Below are positions 9,013 through 13,032 of a stretch of DNA of 13,032 bases, piece by piece; within the stretch, counting starts at the first letter, position 1; each line of letters opens with the position of its first letter. The position numbers were made by a program, and so were the translations under genes. The stretch lies in NCBI RefSeq assembly GCF_006345805.1, contig NW_021826362.1, positions 1-13,032 of the forward strand, read 5' to 3'. This stretch comes from Octopus sinensis. Taxonomy: Eukaryota. The notes beneath the pieces are model-generated. The model was given only the letters and a program-made list of their open reading frames with translations. It ran no database searches and was not told the DNA's origin.

Positions 9013-9557
9013 GAATTTTAGGTATTTTTTAGGTGATAAGAGACAAATAAGGAATTTTAGGTGGTAAGAGACAATCATTAACCCTTTCAGCTTTAATCTG
9101 GAAACTTAAAGACGAAGGGACCAGTTTCGATATCAAATAGATCTTCTCCAAATCCAGACCCTTTATTAATAAGTTAAAAAAATATTCAGTATATTCTCTC
9201 AAAAAATTGTATCTCTAAAAAACCTCCAGCGAATAGATAAATTCCAAGAACGAGAGTTTTTCTGTATGTCCGCATTTCAAGAAATACATCTTACCTAAAT
9301 TTAAAAGTAGGCCACCGAGCATTTAGTAAACCATTAACATATTGTTTACGTCTGCTTGATATTGAATTATTGTAACGTTGCTTATCTCCCTTGTGATTTT
9401 CTTGTCTTCTTCTTTACCAAAGTCTCTTGTTTAAACGTTATCAGTTCAAAAGACAGCTGGCAAACGATCTTGTTCTCAGCTTGCTAGATGGCAGATTTCA
9501 ACCAAGAAACCCTGGGTAGCAGTATTTACAAAGTTTGTGGTTTTTATTATAAGATTT

Positions 9558-9573
9558 CACACACACACACACA

Positions 9574-9623
<50 letters not shown>
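9558..9623. repeat. (CA)n microsatellite
   Basis: Direct reading; one single-base interruption. Confidence 0.97.
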
Positions 9624-9625
<2 letters not shown>

Positions 9626-10065
9626 ATGTATGCGTGTTATATCATACTACTCGCAAACACAAATAGAGTAAAAAGTAAAAAAGTACCGACATACGCTCAA
9701 AATATTGACAAATGATATCAATAAAATAACAGCAATAATAATATTATATTACCCATAAAATGCGACGAGAGACAATTCGGTCACCAGATTGTAAATGTTT
9801 CCGTTATCTCGGGATATCTTAATGGTAAATCTATTTATTTTATATCAAGGCACATTTCCGCCATGATTTTCATAGGATTATATCAGTAAAAGATTATTAT
9901 TACCCGAAGAAAAATTAAACTAAACGAAAATATACGTATACTGGAGAATCAGCTACAAAATGCAGCTCAGGCAAGGAATACGAATTGAATTTTAGTTACT
10001 CATAAAGATATGCACTTGCATTATTACTTTAACTATATTTAACACAGTTATTCGCATGACATACG

Positions 10066-10198
<133 letters not shown>

Positions 10199-10722
10199 GC
10201 CTCTGCATCATATCTTCAGAGGGCAAAAATATACCCTTGGATGTTTTATGTGTGTTTATGGATTCGTTATAGTAGACTGAAAGATACGGTTTATGGTTTG
10301 TATCGTTATATGTTCGGGCGAAGTGATTACTGGATGATTGGAGATGAGATAGACTAAGTGAATCGAATTAGAACAATAAATGAATAAATTAAATAGAGTT
10401 GAGAGAGATATAAATAAGTTAAGTTTATAGTTAATAAAAGAATAGAGTCAAAACTATTGAAAGGTTGCAAGACGCAACGAAAACTTTAGGACAATAAAAG
10501 TAAGAAAAAAAGTGGAAATTTTACCGGTGAGTGTATTACATAATAAGGCACAAAAAGAAAATGACTCTCCCCAGACACAACAGAATATGCTTCAACACAC
10601 GAACTCATATAAAGAATCTTGCAAACCAAATCCAAAATGAAAAAAAAAAAAGAATATTCCTTTATAATGTATGAATAAAGTTATGAAAATTTGTATATAT
10701 GCAAGTACACACGTGTACATAT

Positions 10723-10890
10723 ACACACATACATATATGTATCCGTAAGTCCATATATATACGCACATACATATATGTATCCGTACATCCATATATATAC
10801 ACACATACATATATGTATCCGTACGTCCATATATATACACGTACGAATACATATATATACACATATATGTATCCGTACGTCCATATACCC
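10723..10890. repeat. 38-bp minisatellite (3 full units and 1 partial)
   Basis: Units ACACACATACATATATGTATCCGTA(A/C)(G/A)TCCATATATAT at 10723-10760, 10761-10798 and 10799-10836; partial unit at about 10861-10886. Confidence 0.92.
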
Positions 10891-11644
10891 ACACATATAC
10901 ATACATCCACACGTACACACATATCCGCGCATACACGATATACGTATATATACATATACATGCGCAAATACATGAATACGTATGCGCACTCACACACATA
11001 TATATGTATATATATATATGTGCTTACTCTTTTTACCCACCACCTCTAAGAGGTTAATATAGATCCATGTCGGTCAATTAATTCCGATTGATTAACGAAA
11101 TGTTGAATTATTTTATTTACTCTATAGCGTTTCTTTTTCTTATTATATATGTATACACACACAAACATACACGCACACAGAGAAAAACATACATAAATAC
11201 ACACACATACACGCGCGCACCCACACACATACATACACACAATGATTTCACTTCAGTCTAACACACACAGAGTCGTTAATTTCTCACAATACTGAAATAA
11301 ATAAATAAATAAAACATACATTAATTTAGTTTCACTTTGGTTAGATTATAAACAAAAAAAATCATACGGTTCCTCAGGGGATGTTTTGTTGAAATCAAAG
11401 CTGTTTTCTGATTAATTTCTTAATGTTTAACCTGATAGTTGTTATTTTAAACCAAGGAAAAAATATTTTTTCTAATAAACAGAGGATTTGAAACAAATTA
11501 ATGTCTGTAAGGGAGGTACCTAGTAACACGTGATGTATAAGTGGAAGAAATGCAAATCTGAAATTAAGATAAGGACCAAAATCTCGAGATGTTAATGGAA
11601 CTCTGATTCCAGTGTTATCATTTTGTTTCAAATGTTCTGAGAAA

Positions 11645-12041
11645 TCTTTATATATAAAAGTAAGGTTGTGTGCTGTCTGTCTCCTACGATTTAGATTCCT
11701 AACTACTCCCACATTTTGCGGTGCAGTTTAACCAAAACCGGTTATCTTATAGTCGTGATTCATATCGAGCCCTTCTGGGTATTAGCGCGCGTCTACGATG
11801 AGTCTACGATTAAAAAAAAAAATTACCATCAATTTTTCCCATTTTTAATGCATTTTTGGCATATATAAGGGAAGTAACTCTCTAAAAATTTATTATTAAA
11901 TCTCAGAACGTAAAAAGCTACAGTAACCACCCCCACTTTGTGGTTAGCCATATTGAGATGGCTATTATACTTTACATCTCTAAAAATGCTTATATAGTTA
12001 TTTCCCTTACAAACCCGAGCAACGCCGGGCGATACTGCTAG
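11645..12041 (+). mobile_element. Complete non-autonomous Helitron (397 bp)
   Basis: 5' TCTTTATATATAAAAG preceded by A (11644). 3' hairpin CCCG(A)GC-AAC-GCCGGG (12014-12029), then CTAG (12038-12041) followed by T. No TSD. These are canonical Helitron termini at an A|T target. Confidence 0.88.
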
Positions 12042-12278
12042 TAAATGATAAACTGCTTTAGGGCCGGAATTATTATTCCAAAGAATCTTACACAATATTC
12101 CAAATACAGTATCATATCAAAAGGCTAGACTTACTTGTTAGTTTAAACTTGCGTCTTACACATACTCATACTCACAAGCACACATTCATACATTCACACA
12201 ATCACTACAGTAAAAGGACGGTCATTTTATCCGGCACTTGCTTATACATATATGCAAACATACATGCACATATATATA

Positions 12279-12483
12279 TATAATCAAAATAAGCAACAAG
12301 AATATCCAAGGTAGTGTAGTACAATCGTTTCATGCTACTTCATTTTATTAAACACTGTAAGTATTACATGAGTTTTAAAATGTCGAGCAATACTGTAATA
12401 CTTTCAGGGTTTAATAGAATGAAGTAGCATGAAACAATTGTACTACTCTATCTTGGATATCTTTGTTGCTTATTTTGATTATA
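12279..12483. repeat. Long inverted repeat (90-bp arms, 25-bp spacer), MITE-like
   Basis: 12279-12368 vs the reverse complement of 12394-12483: 82/90 identical, ungapped. Both outer ends terminate in TA. Confidence 0.92.
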
Positions 12484-12576
12484 ATCACCCCAATTGACTA
12501 TATGGATAATACCATACTAAATTCTGGTGCCTTTGACTTAAGTACCATATTCATCTGAATCTAAATTTTGGTGAAC

Positions 12577-12621
<45 letters not shown>

Positions 12622-12622
<1 letters not shown>

Positions 12623-12916
12623 ATGTAAGCGTAGCTGGAGACTGGAGCGAGAGGCTGTCCTCTCAACTAGCCCGCTGCAGTGGGAGTCACTGGATGACGG
12701 ACTCTGGTGATGATATTATACACACTTTCCAATCCATGGCGCTGGCCTTAGCATGCTTCAGGTCAATGCACTGTGACTTCAGATCTTCGTCAATTAGTTT
12801 TGCCAATGTCTTATTTGGAGCACTGTGCTGGGTTTTCCAGTGTGTGGTCGCTGAAGTCACAAAAGCTGGTGTGGTAGTTTTCCGGTGCTCATCCAGCAGG
12901 CGTGACCAAACCATAC
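12622..12916 (-). mobile_element. Degenerate RTE-clade LINE, 3' end of ORF and 3' UTR
   Basis: Minus strand VWFGHACWMSTGKLPHQLL*LQRP, then after a frameshift WKTQHSAPNKTLAKLIDEDLKSQCIDLKHAKASAMDWKV. This matches the RTE C-terminal pattern 'WFGHV.RM...RLP...L......WKR.RG.P..TW...I..DL...A.DR..W'. It runs into a (CA)n/(TA)n tract at 12577-12621. Confidence 0.78.
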
Positions 12917-12992
12917 ATATACGTGTGTGTGTGCTTTTGTCTTTTTCTCGGCCACGATAACGTAAAATGAAGTGATCACAACGCTATATATG

Positions 12993-13032
12993 TTTCTTTA
13001 TTACCCACAAGGGGCTAAACATAGACGGGACA
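12993..13032 (-). mobile_element. SINE family B, copy 3, 3' end only (cut by window edge)
   Basis: TTTCTTTATTACCCACAAGGGGCTAAACATAGA.GGGACA matches 2929-2968 and the reverse complement of 8140-8179. Confidence 0.85.

Noticed and set aside
9078-9095. TTAACCCTTT, a piggyBac-like left end
   Set aside because: No matching AGGGTTAA right end was found in the window.
9030-9430. Long minus-strand frame with only two internal stops, and an AG|GTAAGA donor at 9295
   Set aside because: No recognisable motif, and the frame is closed by a stop before the donor.
10520-10535. Strong donor-like CG|GTGAGT
   Set aside because: No open frame or convincing nearby acceptor upstream.
10723-10890. CRISPR-like array
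   Set aside because: The units are head-to-tail without unique spacers, there are no cas genes, and the context is eukaryotic.

Overview
Repeat-dense, AT-rich eukaryotic DNA, most likely an intronic or intergenic stretch of an octopus (coleoid cephalopod) genome. That assignment comes from recognising octopus-type tRNA-derived SINEs and from the (TA)n/(CA)n/(TATC)n microsatellite load, not from a database search. No complete protein-coding gene, RNA gene or CRISPR array is supported, and most ORFs in the track are microsatellite or antisense artefacts. The window holds fragments of Penelope-like elements (RT and GIY-YIG pieces), a mariner, a CR1/L2/Jockey-type LINE, an RTE LINE and a Chapaev-like DNA transposon. 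It also holds one complete non-autonomous Helitron and six SINE copies from three families. The most unusual observations are a ~62-bp in-place inversion inside the mariner transposase relic, a SINE joining one family's head to another's tail, a 90-bp-arm inverted repeat, a hidden diverged ~180-bp direct duplication, and a candidate orphan exon next to a promoter-like island. I could not support a new multi-gene biological system here.
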